The notes under the pieces were generated by a model that was not told the DNA's origin, searched no databases, and saw only the letters and a program-made list of their open reading frames with translations. DNA of 64,000 nucleotides from Eledone cirrhosa (lineage: Eukaryota): the NCBI GenBank assembly GCA_964016885.1, contig OZ024743.1, positions 121,830,001-121,894,000 on the forward strand. Direction: 5' to 3'. This document shows, in pieces, positions 9,811-53,089 of the stretch (position 1 is the first letter of the stretch; each line of letters opens with the position of its first letter). The position numbers were made by a program, and so were the translations under genes.

Positions 9811-10725
9811 ATATATATATATGAAGCAAAGTTAATGGTTAAGAAAGATGATGATATACACAACAAATACAATAATTTTACTTAGATATATATAACTTTA
9901 CTTCACTTCTGTAAAAAGAAAAAAGAATAGGTTTATTACGCTATGTTCGATTATAAAGTGACAAGTTGTTTCAGGATGTTCATACTAGCATGGGTAGTAG
10001 TAAGCTCTCACAGTGCAAGGAACTGTGTTGTCTATATGAAGAGGCAGATGATTCTCTGTGTGTGGTTGAAGTGCTGATGAAAGAATTGCTGTCAGACCCT
10101 TGTCAACAGGGCCAAATTTTTTTTTGTTTTGATAAGTGCCACATCTCACTATTTGCTTGAGCAAGTCAAAATGATGCTTCTCTTCCAATTTACCAGAGTC
10201 TTATAAAATAACTTATCTCATTTCACCCCAAGCTAGCCAGATAGCTGATGCCAACTAAGGTAAAAAGAAATAACAGTTAGTTGTCATTCGCATATCAGTG
10301 TGTGCGAAATGATTTCGCTACATATATGTATATATATATATATATCATCATCACCATTTAACATCCATTTTCCATGCTAGCATGGTTAGACAAGTAATTC
10401 CATTGTGAGACAAGCCAGATGAGATGACCATGTCTTGCTCATACAGGACTGAGGTAAGGTCTGAGTTATATTGGGCAAAGGTAGCGCTTTATCTAGGGTG
10501 ACTGGGGAGATGGATGCGTAGTAATAATTTATGTCGAATTGAATGAAGTTGTATGCTTCTCTGTTTCTTATTTTACTACACTCACTAGCATGAATAATGA
10601 AGGACTTAGTATAGTAAAAAAACTGAAAATATCCGATAGAACCGAACCTCTAACTCCAGGTAACCCCACATTTAACCTTAAGAGTCACAAAAATAATTTT
10701 GAAACAAACCCTGTAATTAGATTAA

Positions 10726-10910
10726 TTGTTTCTACTTTAGGCACAAGGCCAGCAATTACCCAGTGCATTACTGCTACTTTATTTTATCGACCCCGTAAGG
10801 ATGAAAGGCAAAGTCAACCTCGGCGGGATTTGAACTCAGATCGTAAAGGGACATAACTATGCTGGAAAGCATGGCGTCCGACCCTCTACCGATACTGCCA
10901 ATCCACCGCC
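10726..10910 (-). mobile_element. SINE family A inserted in the Penelope RT
   Basis: Full head and tail; TSD TAATTAGATTAAT. Confidence 0.9.
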
Positions 10911-13670
10911 TAATTAGATTAATATGATTATTAGATTAATATGCCCATCCAAGTCAGATATCGGTAAAATTAGCAAATACATTCTAGATAGGGTAATCGC
11001 ACAAATTAAGGGAAAACTGGTAATCAATTTATGGGGTAACACTAGCGAAGCAATAGAATGATTCAGTAAAATAAGAAACAGAGAAGCATACAACTTCATT
11101 CAATTCGACATAAATGATTACTACGCATCCATCTCCCCAGTCACCCTAGATAAAGCGCTAACCTTGACCCAAAATAACTCAGACCTTACCTCAGTGAAAT
11201 TAAAATAATACTAGCTGCTAGAAGGACTATCATAAAATTTGAAAATAGCTACTGGGAAAGAAAAAATAGGAGGAATAGCTTCGGTATCACAATGAGATTG
11301 AATGACTCAGCGCAAATAACGGATGTTGTGGGGATATTTATAGCACACAACTTACATAAAGAATTCAATAACCTCCAAGGAGGAATTTATAGAGATGATA
11401 CGCTCCTTATAGCTAAAAACTTAAATAACCAGAACATGGAAAGATTACGAAAAAACATTAGAACATTCTTCAAAAAACTAGGCCTAGATATTACTTTCAA
11501 ACTAAATTCTAAAAAAGCAAATTTTTTAGATGTAACTCTAAACCTAAACACGGGATTGATAGAACACTTCTACAAAAATAATGAAAATCTAGCCTACATC
11601 AGTTACAACTCAAACCACCCCCGATCCATAATTAACTCCATAGTATATCCCTCAGAATATGCCGCCTATCCTCAAACCTAGAAATTTTTAATGAACAAGC
11701 TAATTATTATAACGCAGCATTACATAGGGCTGGATACAAGGAAAAGCTGCAGTTTATAACAGATAGGGACAACACAAACAAACCCGATAACACCAACACT
11801 AACCGCTCATACGAAAATAAAAGATACAGGACTAGGCATGGAACTAAACAATTAGCACCAAGAGTAGGAGGACTGAACACTAATAATAAAAACCCCCAAA
11901 ACTATAGAAGAACTAGAGAAAGAAAATACCTATGGTTTAATCTGATCTTCAACTCCTCTATAAGAACTAAACTGCCTTCTACGTTTTTTAAACTAATAGA
12001 TAAACACTTCCCTACATCGCATAGATACCATAAAATCTTCAATAGAAAAACTATAAAACTTTCATACTCAACTGCAGCCAACATAGAATCGCACATACGT
12101 AAGATCAACCACAAGAATATCTCTTGCGAAACTACCCCACCAATACACAACATAGCACTAAACACTAAACACAAACACATAACAGTATCATAACCACAAG
12201 CGCATCGGAACACACCAAAGCAAAACTTCAATAGGCATGAATCGCAACACACACATAACAATTTGCAGAACCGCAATGTGAAAGCTGCACGGAATAATAC
12301 TTCAAACTGCAATTGTCACGTACCGGATAAGTGCCCATTAGCGAATAGATGCCTGGATTCTAGCTTAGTGTACATGTGTACTGTAAACTCGGGCAACTCC
12401 ACCTGGCACTACATTGGATCCACCCGGGTGTTTTAAAAAAAGATGGTATGTACACAGACATTCAATGAAGAACCGTGCACTGGTGAATTCCACAACCCTC
12501 GCCAATAAAATCTGGCAACTTAAGGACAAAAACCTTGATTACAATATTAGCTGGTCGAAATTAGCGGCCGCAAAGGCCTATAGCAGCAGCATGTCCCATT
12601 GCGGGCTCTGCAACCTTGAATTGCTACATATCTTAAGGTACGATAAAATGCTACTTAACAGCAAAATAGAAAAGTCCATTTTCTGCAGATATAGGATTGC
12701 TACTAAATTTACGAGATTTAAACCACCGTGATTCAAACCAGCATCCCCAAAATTAATGGAAAATCACTTAGAATTTAACATGAAATCCGTATTCTCACAC
12801 AGCCCACTTCAGAACCATAAACTTCTATAAACACCTTCCAGCCTCCCTACATCTATACCACCAAGATAGGACAGGAATGTCTACAAAAATCTACCAATTA
12901 TCATGTCAGCCCATAAATCAATCTAGCCTTTGCTGTTGTTTATTCTTTCGGACCAAACAATTATACCTACATATCTCATATTAGCACCCATGATCTCTAA
13001 CAGATGAACTTAATTCTAAGTACATTATCTTATTACCCTTACACTCCTTGAAACTCTTATTTTCTTATTTTCTTATTATTATTATTACGAACATCTCAAT
13101 GTACCCTATCCCGAATTTTATTCATCATGTTCTCTATCTATTTACCATGTATATTTTATTGTTGTTTTATTGTCTTAATTATACGCTATCTGTCATTGAT
13201 GTTGTGAAAACTAAACCCCCATGATTCGAACTAGCAATCCCAACATTTAGAATAAGCCACCGAAACCTTAAAATACTGATTCTACAATTTCACTTAATAC
13301 TACCTAAGAACCATATATCTTTATACACTACTAACTCTATCAATCTAACTAAGTTGATACAACGAAAATACTTATCTGTCAAACCATAAATCAATCTCTG
13401 GTTTATTGCTAGCGTGCTTTTAGACCCACAGCACGCTTCTATCTAGATCCCTCATAATTGCACTTAAAGGGGTTGATTCCAAAAATCTGACTCTAAGTAC
13501 ATTTTATTAGTTATCTCTTCATCCCTCAAAAACTACATCTAATGTAACCTATAGTAGTTTTCACATGTCAACTTCAAACATCTGTATAATATCAGTTTGT
13601 TTAACATGCTAGTTTTATCATTATTTTCTACTTCTTACTTATATTGATGTTATTATTTTAACTATTCAGT

Positions 13671-13892
13671 TGGACCCTCTACCGATACTGCCAATCCACC
13701 ACCATAGGCGGTGGATTGGCAGTATCGGTAGAGGGTCGGATGCCATGCTTTGACGCATAGAGTTACGGTCCTTGCCATTCTGAGTTCAAATCCCGCCGAG
13801 GTTTACTTTGCCTTTCATCCTTACGGGGTCGATAAAATAAAGTACCAGTAATGCACTGGGTAATTGCTGGCCTTGTGCCAAAAGTAGAAACA
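13671..13892 (+). mobile_element. SINE family A with 5' fold-back duplication
   Basis: 19-bp TSD ATTATTTTAACTATTCAGT (13652-13670 and 13893-13911). Confidence 0.9.
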
Positions 13893-14002
13893 ATTATTTT
13901 AACTATTCAGTATCTAGTTATTTTATTATTGATATTATTGTTCTGGTCTAATACCACTCCTGTATAAAAGCCATGCCTTGCGTATTATCTTCATATTCGC
14001 TC

Positions 14003-14109
14003 GCTCTGATGAATTAACTGGTTATAAACAAAGTATTGGAGATCGATTGACGCAACATCTAGCGATTAGTGAACTCTAGACCTATCAGATCAAAGAAACA
14101 ATTGTCAGC
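14003..14109 (+). ncRNA. Hammerhead ribozyme motif in the 3' pseudo-LTR of the Hydra-type Penelope-like element
   Basis: GCT-CTGATGA(14006-14012)-(82 nt)-GAAA-C AATT G-TC-AGC. ACAATTGT is a palindrome; AATAAA follows at 14116, then (TA)n. Confidence 0.7.
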
Positions 14110-14214
14110 ACTGTGAATAAAACCCTTATTGTACAGACAACCATGTTACTCTTATTTCTTGAATTATTATTATATATATATATATATTATTAGTACAGAT
14201 TAAAAGTTTAAGCA

Positions 14215-16378
14215 ATAAATTACTGCTTCAGCTAAAGGACCTTTCACTTAAATATAAATTTAAGAAAGCCCTTTAAGATGTGTATGACAAGAAAGAAGAC
14301 AAATTAGAATTGTATGAGAAAGAAGATAACTGGAAGTTCTTACGCGACAACCTACAGCCAGCAACTGAAGAGACTTGTGGCTGGAGCAAAGCTCCAACCA
14401 GACAGAGGGTGACTTGGTGGTGGAACAGCATGGTAGATAGAGCCATTAAAGACAAAAGACAAGCATGGAAGGATTGGAAAAATGGGGGAGTAGAGACTGA
14501 TACTCAGCCACTAAAAGAGAGGCTAGGCCTCAGGTATACTTAGCACACAGAGAAGCTGAGAGTAGGAGGTTTGCCAATGTTCTGCGATGAGAGGATCAGA
14601 AATGTGAGGAGTTCCGCATTGCAAGGCAGTGTGTCAGTGTAAATCAGGATGCTGTTGGAGATAAGTGTGTTCAAAATTATGCTGGTGTACTTAGCGTCAC
14701 TGATGCTCAGAAAATGGAGGCCTGGAAATGTCATTATGAGAGACTGATGAATGTTGAGAATGAATCGGAGAGAGAGAAACTACCCCCAACAGAAGGACCA
14801 GCTATTGAGGTTGACAACTAGAGGGTCAAAGAGGCAATTAAGGAAATGAAAAGTGGTAAGGCCGCTGGACCGTCAGGGATAGTTGCTGAGATGCTGAAGT
14901 CAACAGGAGAACAACTAAACCGGTTGCATGCATCGTCAATCAAGTTATATATGGCAGAGTCATATCCAAAGACTGGTGCAGCAGTATTCTTGTAAATTGC
15001 TACAAAGGTAAAGGGGATGCTCTGGAGAGGAGCAATTATAGGAGCATAAAACTGATGGATCAGGCTATGAAAGTAAAAGAAAGAGTGCTAGTACAACTAA
15101 TTAGAGAAAGAGTCAAATTAGATGAGATGCTGTTTGGATTTGTGTCTGGGAAAAGTACAACAGATGCCCTCTTCTTAGACAACTACGAGAGGTTCTTAGA
15201 GAAGAATAAGCCACTATATTTAGCTTTTGTTGACCTAGAGAAGGCCTTTCATAGAGTACCCCGATCTGTCATCTTGTGGTCCCTAAGGAAACTAGGTGTA
15301 GAGGACAGTGCAAGCTATGTACAGAGGAGCTGTCAGTAAAGTGAGAGTAGGAATGGAGTTTAGTGAGGAATTCTCCAAGCCATAACAGAGCTGTTTAAGA
15401 CTGGCTATCCATGGGAACTTCTGTATGCTGACGATCTGGTACTTATAGCAGAATCAGTAGAGGAGCTAGAGAATAAATTCTGGCTATGGAAACAGCAGTT
15501 GGAATCAAGAGTACTGAGAGTGAACCTAGCAAAGACTAAAGTGTTGATAAGTAAGAAAGAGAATAAAACTCTGATTCCATCAGGGAAATGGCCCTGTTTG
15601 ATATGTAGAAAAGGAGTTGGCATAAACTCTATAGAATGTACACAATACAGATCTTGGGTACACATGAGGTGTGGTGGGATAGCAGGAAAGCTAACAGGAA
15701 GGGAAAACTTCATATGTAGTAGATGTTCAGGGGAAATTGATAGTAGAAGTGTCAGTGATAGGCACATTTTTCAAATGCAGGTAGGATCTATAGAGGTGGT
15801 TGATAGCTTCCGATATCAAGGTGATCAGATTAGCAAGGAAGGAGGATGCTCCAAGGCCATAGTATCTAGAATAAGGACAGGATGGAAGAAGTTTAGGGAG
15901 CCGCTTCCTCTGTTGACAGCGAAGGGTTTCTCCCTACAAACAAAAGGTTGGTTATATGATGCCTGTGTGAGATGCACAATGCTTCATGGTAGTGAGACAT
16001 GGGCAGCAACAGCGGAAGATATGCGATGGCTGGAGAGAAATAAAGCATGCTCCAATGGATGTGCAATATCAATGTGCGTGAATGACCAAGCATAGATGAG
16101 TTGAGAGTGAAACTGTGTATAAGAGGGATAAACTGTAGTGTGTGGGAGAGAAGACTGTGTTGGTACGGCCATGTGATGCGCATGGAAGATGACCACTGGA
16201 AGATGCAACAGAGGAAGACCACAAAAAAACATGGGCAGAGGTGGTGAGAGCTGACCTCAGATTGCTGAAGCTCACAGAGGAGATGACGAAGGACCATGAC
16301 AAATGAAGAGATGCTGTACTGAAGAGGACCCATCCCACCCTTACAAGCAGGGAAAAGCGGACGTAAAATGATGATGAT
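14215..16378 (+). mobile_element. RTE LINE, 5'-truncated and degenerate
   Basis: WWWN, KAAGPSG, NYR.IKL, QFGF-like, AFVDLEKAF, LLYADDLVL, PHD-like finger, HGSETW, RLxWYGHV; (GAT)n tail. Confidence 0.92.
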
Positions 16379-17189
16379 ATATATATATTCAATCCATGAC
16401 AGTATGAAAGATGTGCTCCCTACTCTGACTTGCATCCCTGATACACTTTCCTTGTCCAACCCATGCCATCAGTGCCTGCTCAGCCTGTCCAAGAGCAACA
16501 GGCGCCCTAATTTGGTATTGCAGTAGTGCTGGAGTTATGATAAAATTGCAACCAGCCCATTTGATAAAGTGATACTGCTGGCTCCATGATAAAAAGCAAC
16601 TCATCCACCCTGTAAAGAGGTAGTGTTGATGTCACAATAAAAGCACTGTCTGACCTGTAAAGCAATAATGCTGGTATTAAAACAGAAGTACACCCAGTAC
16701 AGTGATAGTGTTGGAATAATAATAAAATGCTCTCAGTACATCCTGTAATGTGGTTGCCATGGGATGGGCATTTAGCCATAGAAACCAAGCCAAAAGTAGA
16801 ACATACAAGCAAGTCACCTAACCAGTCTAAACTGTCTAATCTATGCAAACATGAAAAATCAACATTAAGCAGGGATGATGATGACATATATATATATATA
16901 TATATAGTTTTAACATCCACAAGTCAGTACTGAAGTGGAGTTATTGATTGCCCAAGCAGGCCAGGGATCTGTGCCTCATTTATGTAGAGTCAATGTTCCA
17001 CCAAGTGCAAAGGTGAGGTTCCTCCCAACCCATTGTTTGGCAAGATTTCTATGGTTAGATGCCCTTCCTATCACCAACCACTTTACAGTGTACTAGGTGC
17101 ACTTATCGTGTAGATCACCAAACACTAGGAAGGCTGTTATGCCCTTAACACAACTGGAGGGTCCTCTCAAACCATTTGTTTCTATATAT

Positions 17190-18880
17190 ATCATCATCAT
17201 CGTTTAACGTCTATCTTCTATGCTAGCATGGGTTAGACGGGTTTGTCCCATTTGAGGCAAGTTGGGTCGGGTGACCGTGTCTTGCTCATAGAGGACTGTT
17301 TCTGACTAGATTTCTATGGCTGGGTGCCCTTCCTAAAGCCAACCACATTTAGTGTGGGCTGGGTGCTTTTTGTTGTGACACTTACACAAGCACTTTACAG
17401 TGTGGGCTGGATGTTTTGTAGTACCAACATAACTTCACAGAGTAAGGGTGGTGTGGGTAGAAGTGGGAGGGAGGTGTGGGGTGTATATTGTATTTAAAGG
17501 TGCTTGAGTGCAAGTTTAAGTCCATGCGCAAGGGAAGACGGGTCTTCTGTATTACTGCATAGAGCCAAAGATCTCGATCCAATGTCATTGTCTTAGAGAG
17601 GTGCAAGTGTGCAAGGTCAGTTTTTATCACCTCATCCCAGGACTTTCTGGGTCTACCTACTCCATAGCTTCCATCAATTTTGATCGCCCTGCACTTTTTT
17701 ATACAGCTGCCCTCCTTATTACACATCACGGCCATACCAACACAATCTCCTCTCTAGTATACTGCATCTGATCCCCCTTATGCCCGATTTCTCACTTAGT
17801 TCATTTACGCTTTGCTGTTCATATATATTACTATTACATATCCATCAGAACATGCATGCTTCGTTTCTTTCAAATCTGCACAGATCCTCAGCATACAGGG
17901 CCCAGGTCTTGCTACCATGTAACATTGTTGTTCGTATACAAACATCATACAATCTGCCTTTCGTTTTCAGAGAAACCTTTTGTGGCCCACAGCAGTATAA
18001 GCTCTCTGAACTTTTTCCATCCCGTTCTTATTCTGGCTACTGTACTTTCAGAACACCCTCCTCCATTGCTGATTTTGTCACCCAGGTAACGGAAAGTGTC
18101 TACTATTTCTAAAGAACCCTCTGGGCAGTTGAAGGAGTTAGTATCTAGTGGGCACTTCCTACTTACTACACCTGAGCATCAGCCACATAAAACCTACATT
18201 CTTTGATAGCCTGCCTGTGATCCCTCTACATCTTTTATGTACCCATAGCTTGCATTTGGGACATAGAATGGAATTCCTACCTACTCCTTTCCTTCACACT
18301 GAGTAGGCCATTTTCCAGAGGGAACTTGTGCCCTATTTTCCTTTCTACATAGTCTTATAGACATGTTAACTTTAAGGCCTTTTGATTCTCGGCCATGCTT
18401 CCAGGTTTGGAATTTCTTCTCTAGGTCTGCCATAGATTCAGCTATGAGATTTAGATCATCTGCATATAGAAATCCCCATGGGAAGCCAGTCTTAAACTCT
18501 TCTGTTATAGCCTGTAGGGCTAAGGACAGAGCCTTGGTGAACACTTTTGCGCTAAATTCTTTACTGCATTCATGGTTAATTCTAACCTTGCGGACTGTTC
18601 TTCTATACTTGGCTTGTATAGCTTTCACAAACCACTCATCTACTCCTAGTTTTCTAAGAGCCCAGCAGATAATGGAGCGGGGGACTCTGTCAAAGGCTTT
18701 CTCCTAAGTCAACAAAAGCTAAGTAGAGGGGTTTATCTTTAGCTAAGTACTTCTGTAGTTGCCATACAAAGAAGAGAGCATCCATGGTATATTTACGTAG
18801 CACAAACCCAAACTGCATTTCATCTAGATCAATTCGGTCCCTAATCAGCTGTGCGATAACTCTTTCTGTGACCTTCATGC
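17190..18880 (-). mobile_element. RTE LINE 3' half, degenerate
   Basis: QFGFV..AFVDL, FLYADDL, GRPRKSW, same 3' tail ending in (GAT)n. Confidence 0.9.
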
Positions 18881-19104
18881 TAAACTAACTTAATGCCTTA
18901 TATATCAAAATTCTCAAAAATATATATATCTCAAAATTCATGAACAGTAATGTCACCTACGTACTTGCAGACATCAGGGAGACTTTTGGACAGTTTATCA
19001 TACTTCATGTCTTTTAGTTTTGAGATACCAAACTTTACTGTTTGATCAGCATTGTATAGTAAACACTATCTTGCTGAGTTCAACCACAGCTAATTAACAA
19101 ACTA

Positions 19105-19398
19105 ATGTGATATTGGAAGGCATTCTGTCGGTTACGACAGGTGTTCTAGTTGATCCAATCAATGGAACAGCCATAAACATGCGTACCCTTAACGCAGTTC
19201 TCGGGGAGATTTGGCATGACAGAGAATGTGACAAGGCTGGCTCTTCCAATTATAGGTACAACTCATTTTTGCCAGCTGAGTGAACTGGAGCAACGTGAAA
19301 TAAAGTGCCTTGCTCAAAGACACAGTGCGCCACTGGGGATCGAACTAAAGACCTTGCAATCGTGAGTCAAATTCCCTAACCACAAAGTCCCGTGCCTA
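19105..19398 (-). mobile_element. tRNA-derived SINE, family B (related pieces at about 23780-23910 and 37550-37810)
   Basis: Minus strand GTGGTTAGGG...GTTCGATCCC (A/B boxes) followed by TGTCTTTGAGCAAGGCACTTTATTTCACGTTGCTCCAGT. Confidence 0.75.
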
Positions 19399-21005
19399 GT
19401 ATGATATTAGTCTTATAATTAACATCATATATATTTAACTTGATTGTTACATTATAATCACACATCATATCAAAAAAGTCAGCAGATTTTTGCTTTGCTT
19501 TAGATCTGAAAATTTTAAATGAATTGCAATTATTGAATTGTAACAAAAAAATAAAAGGCAATAAAATGAGATATATTTTTCAAAATATTTATTAAAAAGT
19601 AACCACAAAAAATATCCAGATTTTAACTGTTTCCCAGTAAACATTGAAATCAAAAAAGAATTTTAATTATGACAGTTTAACAAAAATACTTAAAGTTAAT
19701 ATTACTGGTATTAGCATTATAATCAAGCATTGCTTTTTACTAACACATTTTGAAGAAAGAAAATACAATAAATTAATTCAATGACATTATATGATATATA
19801 AATGAAACAAAACAACATTGGCAATTATGTCCAAAATAGTGTCGCAGTTGTATCAAATGAAATTCAAAATAAGCTAAGCAAACAAATATACAATCTATAG
19901 ATAATAAGAATTTATTCATAAGATAATTGACAATGTTTTAACTTTCATAGACAATGTAAAAAGTAAGACACACCCTCATTCTCAATGTTGTGGAGAGAAT
20001 CTGACACCACAAATATAAATAACATCCTCTTGATATATTTTAATATGAACATTCACACAGAATATCCTTGAAAAGTGATGTTTTGAAAAGTTCTTGGCTT
20101 GAGAATACACTTCATCATATTACTATAGTGTTTGCAAATAGCAGATCAACATTTAGATAAATACCATTAAAAAAAAATGTCTCCTAATTTATTATTCAGT
20201 TGTCATAAACATGTGTATGCATGTTAAATAGAAAATATTAATATTGTGTGTGTGTATATATATATATATACATATATGTGTGTCTGTATAATGATAATCT
20301 AATCAGAAAAAGAAGGTGGTGTGCAAAGGACTGAAGAATTTTTTAACTACTTACAACAATTTTAAGAACTATTATTCACTATTTTTATAAACCATGCTTT
20401 ATATTTAAAAAATAATTTAGAACAATTTTTTAAATACAATGCCAAATATTTAGATATTCTAATAACATTTCAAGACATGTTCAAAGAAATCATCTTCAAA
20501 CAAACTGAAACATTTTGATAACTGGAATATATATGTTGATATATTACAAAAGAAATATTTTGTGACTCAACAAGTCTTGTTAACTAAATCAATTTGGAAT
20601 ATATAAGTTCTAACCTTAATAAAGATGTCTATAAAGTAACTTTATTCTAACTATTCAAGAGTAAATTATCTTAAACATCATTTACCAAGAAGAATCTTTT
20701 ATAGTGTTAGGTTGAAACCTTTGCTACATACCCTCAACAGACAGACAGGTACAGCTTTACTGTATGGAACATATAAACTATGAGCAGACACCTTTAATTG
20801 TATCATGGAAAATCTTTATCTGCTGCACAGCTATTATCTACTACAAGATGAGCAGTCAAAAGTATGGAGATAAAAAATGATACACTGAACAGGAAACTGT
20901 GTGGTTCGAGGCAGCAGTAGAAGTATTTATCCGTAAGTTTGACAAAATGGCATCTACAAACAAATGATTTCCATTTACAATGAGTTGGTAACAAAACTGA
21001 ATATA

Positions 21006-51184
<30,179 letters not shown>

Positions 51185-51199
51185 TTTAAAAATAAATAA

Positions 51200-51345
51200 T
51201 AAGGTGTTTTTGTCGTACTGGTTAAAAAGTAGTGCTGGCAAACGTGAAGTCAACACTACCCTTGCCACATCATAGTTCACGCATTACTAAGATTGTCACT
51301 GCGCATGAATCTTATTTTTCGTCAGCTGCTGATGTTTTCCAAATC
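51200..51345 (-). promoter_or_regulatory. Putative ARL1 5'UTR/core promoter
   Basis: CpG-enriched unique sequence directly upstream of the ATG, with an NRF1-like TGCGCATG at about 51300. The TSS cannot be determined from sequence. Confidence 0.4.
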
Positions 51346-51639
51346 TAACAGATGGAAGACACGAATTGACATAATCTAATCTGAATTTGTTCAGACACCG
51401 TCAGAATTTTGCAGATCGGTTCAGCAAATAAACTGGATCTGTAGGATTTCCTGGTTGTTAAGAAAAGGATATCCTCTATTGGAACGCTTCATGTCATATA
51501 TCATATAATCGTTTATGTTTGCATTGTTGTTTTTCATACTTCTTTCCTATACTCGATCCAACCCCCGCACAGTTTTGTAACTTGCTTATATCTCTTCATC
51601 CGACGCCCTTGTGGCAATAAGAAAGAAATTATTATTAAT

Positions 51640-51832
51640 AGGCGTCAGAGCGTCGGATAAAGGCTTAGTAGAATTTGTTCCGGCTCTACGTTCTGGGTTC
51701 AAATCCCGCCGAGGTCGACTTTACCTTTCATCCTTCGGGGGTCGATAAAATAAAATACCAGCCTAGTACAGGGGTCGATATAATCGACTTTTCCTTCCCT
51801 CAAAATTGCTGGCTGTGTGCCTAGATTAAAAA
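51640..51832 (+). mobile_element. SINE family A variant
   Basis: GGTTCAAATCCC B box, core and tail. Confidence 0.8.
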
Positions 51833-52423
51833 TCATCATCATTATTATTAGAGTTGCGGGCTTGTGTCGAACAACTGTTATCACGTTTAGAACAGATCCG
51901 GCTATTAGCCGAGTCTATAGTGAAGACTGAACCGCTACATTTTAGAAGAGAGGCACAGCAAGTCTTCCACTGTTTTGTAGCTATGATGAAGGAAACTATG
52001 CAATGAACTCATCTAAAGAAAAGTGAAAGTAGAGAGGGAAGTGTTGCCTTCTAGCATGTTTTATGAAAAATGGGTGAGATCGACGCGACTGGAGGGACCT
52101 AATCTGACTATGCTTTTCTAAGAGAAAGGGCACTTTTAATGGTCGTGAAGTAACAGCAATCCGGGGCTTTGTTTAGGGTTTATCCATGGGATTATGTGCA
52201 GCCCCTAATCATTGGAGAACTTTTCCTTGTTCTCTTTAATTTTCTTTTTCTATTTTCATGTATATTTATTAGAATTTCCACTATTGTTATTTCTACTGTT
52301 TTCATTTCAGTAATGTTCCATTTCATTTACTTGATATAAACCTCACTTTGTGTTGTCTTTGTCCTTGTATTGTCCCCAATGTCCTGGGCCCTTGTGGCTA
52401 ATAAAAGAAATTATTATCATCAT

Positions 52424-53050
52424 GTGGTGGATAGCTTCCGGTACCTAGGAGATCAGATTAGCATGGGAGGAGGGTGTTCCGAGGCCATAGTATCTAGAAT
52501 AAGGACGGGTTGGAAGAAGTTTAGGGAGCTGCTTCCTCTGTTGACGAAGAAGGGTTTCTCCCTGCGTACGAAAGGCCGGTTGTATGATGCCTGTGTGAGG
52601 AGCGCGATGCTGCATGGTTGTGAGACATGGGCAGCAACTGCAGAGGATATGCGACAGCTGGAGAGAAATGAGGCAAGCATGCTCCGTTGGATGTGCAGTG
52701 TAAATGTGCATGAACGACCCAGCATAAATGTGTTGAGAGAGAAACTGTCTGAGAGGGATAGAATGTAGTGTACTGGAGAGGAAACTGAGGTGGTATGGAC
52801 ATGTGATGCGCATGGAGGATGACCGATGGGTGAAGAAGTGCCAGGAAATGCCAGTTGAAGGAAGACGTGGTAGAGGTAGACCACGAAAAACATGGGCGGA
52901 GGTGGTGAGAACAAACCTCAGCTCATTGAAGCTCACTGTGGAGATGACGAGGGACCGTGACGAGTGGAGAGATGCTGTGCTGAATAAGACCCGTCCCACC
53001 CTTGCAAGCAGGAAAAAGCGGACGTAAAATGATGATGATGATCATCATCA
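52424..53050 (+). mobile_element. Well-preserved RTE 3' fragment
   Basis: VVDSFRYLGDQIS...HGCETW...GRPRKTWAEVV; (GAT)n tail; highly similar to 42680-43265. Confidence 0.92.
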
Positions 53051-53089
53051 TCATAATCATTATTGATGGTTTGCACAGTAAATATAATA

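Larger units (their letters stand above)
10448..14170 (+). mobile_element. Penelope-like retroelement, Hydra-type (RT plus C-terminal GIY-YIG), 5'-truncated, frameshifted, carrying two SINE insertions
   Basis: RT motifs LKSHK..F, FIQFDINDYYASI, GIYRDD, NFLDVTLNL, SNHP; linker CNCxxxxCPLxxxC; GIY-YIG LVY..YIG..KKRW..H..CxLC..E..LLN; 3' hammerhead; ends at (TA)n. Confidence 0.88.

Noticed and set aside
13707-13800. tRNA gene (A and B boxes)
   Set aside because: These are SINE heads with no complete cloverleaf, continuing into the repeat core.
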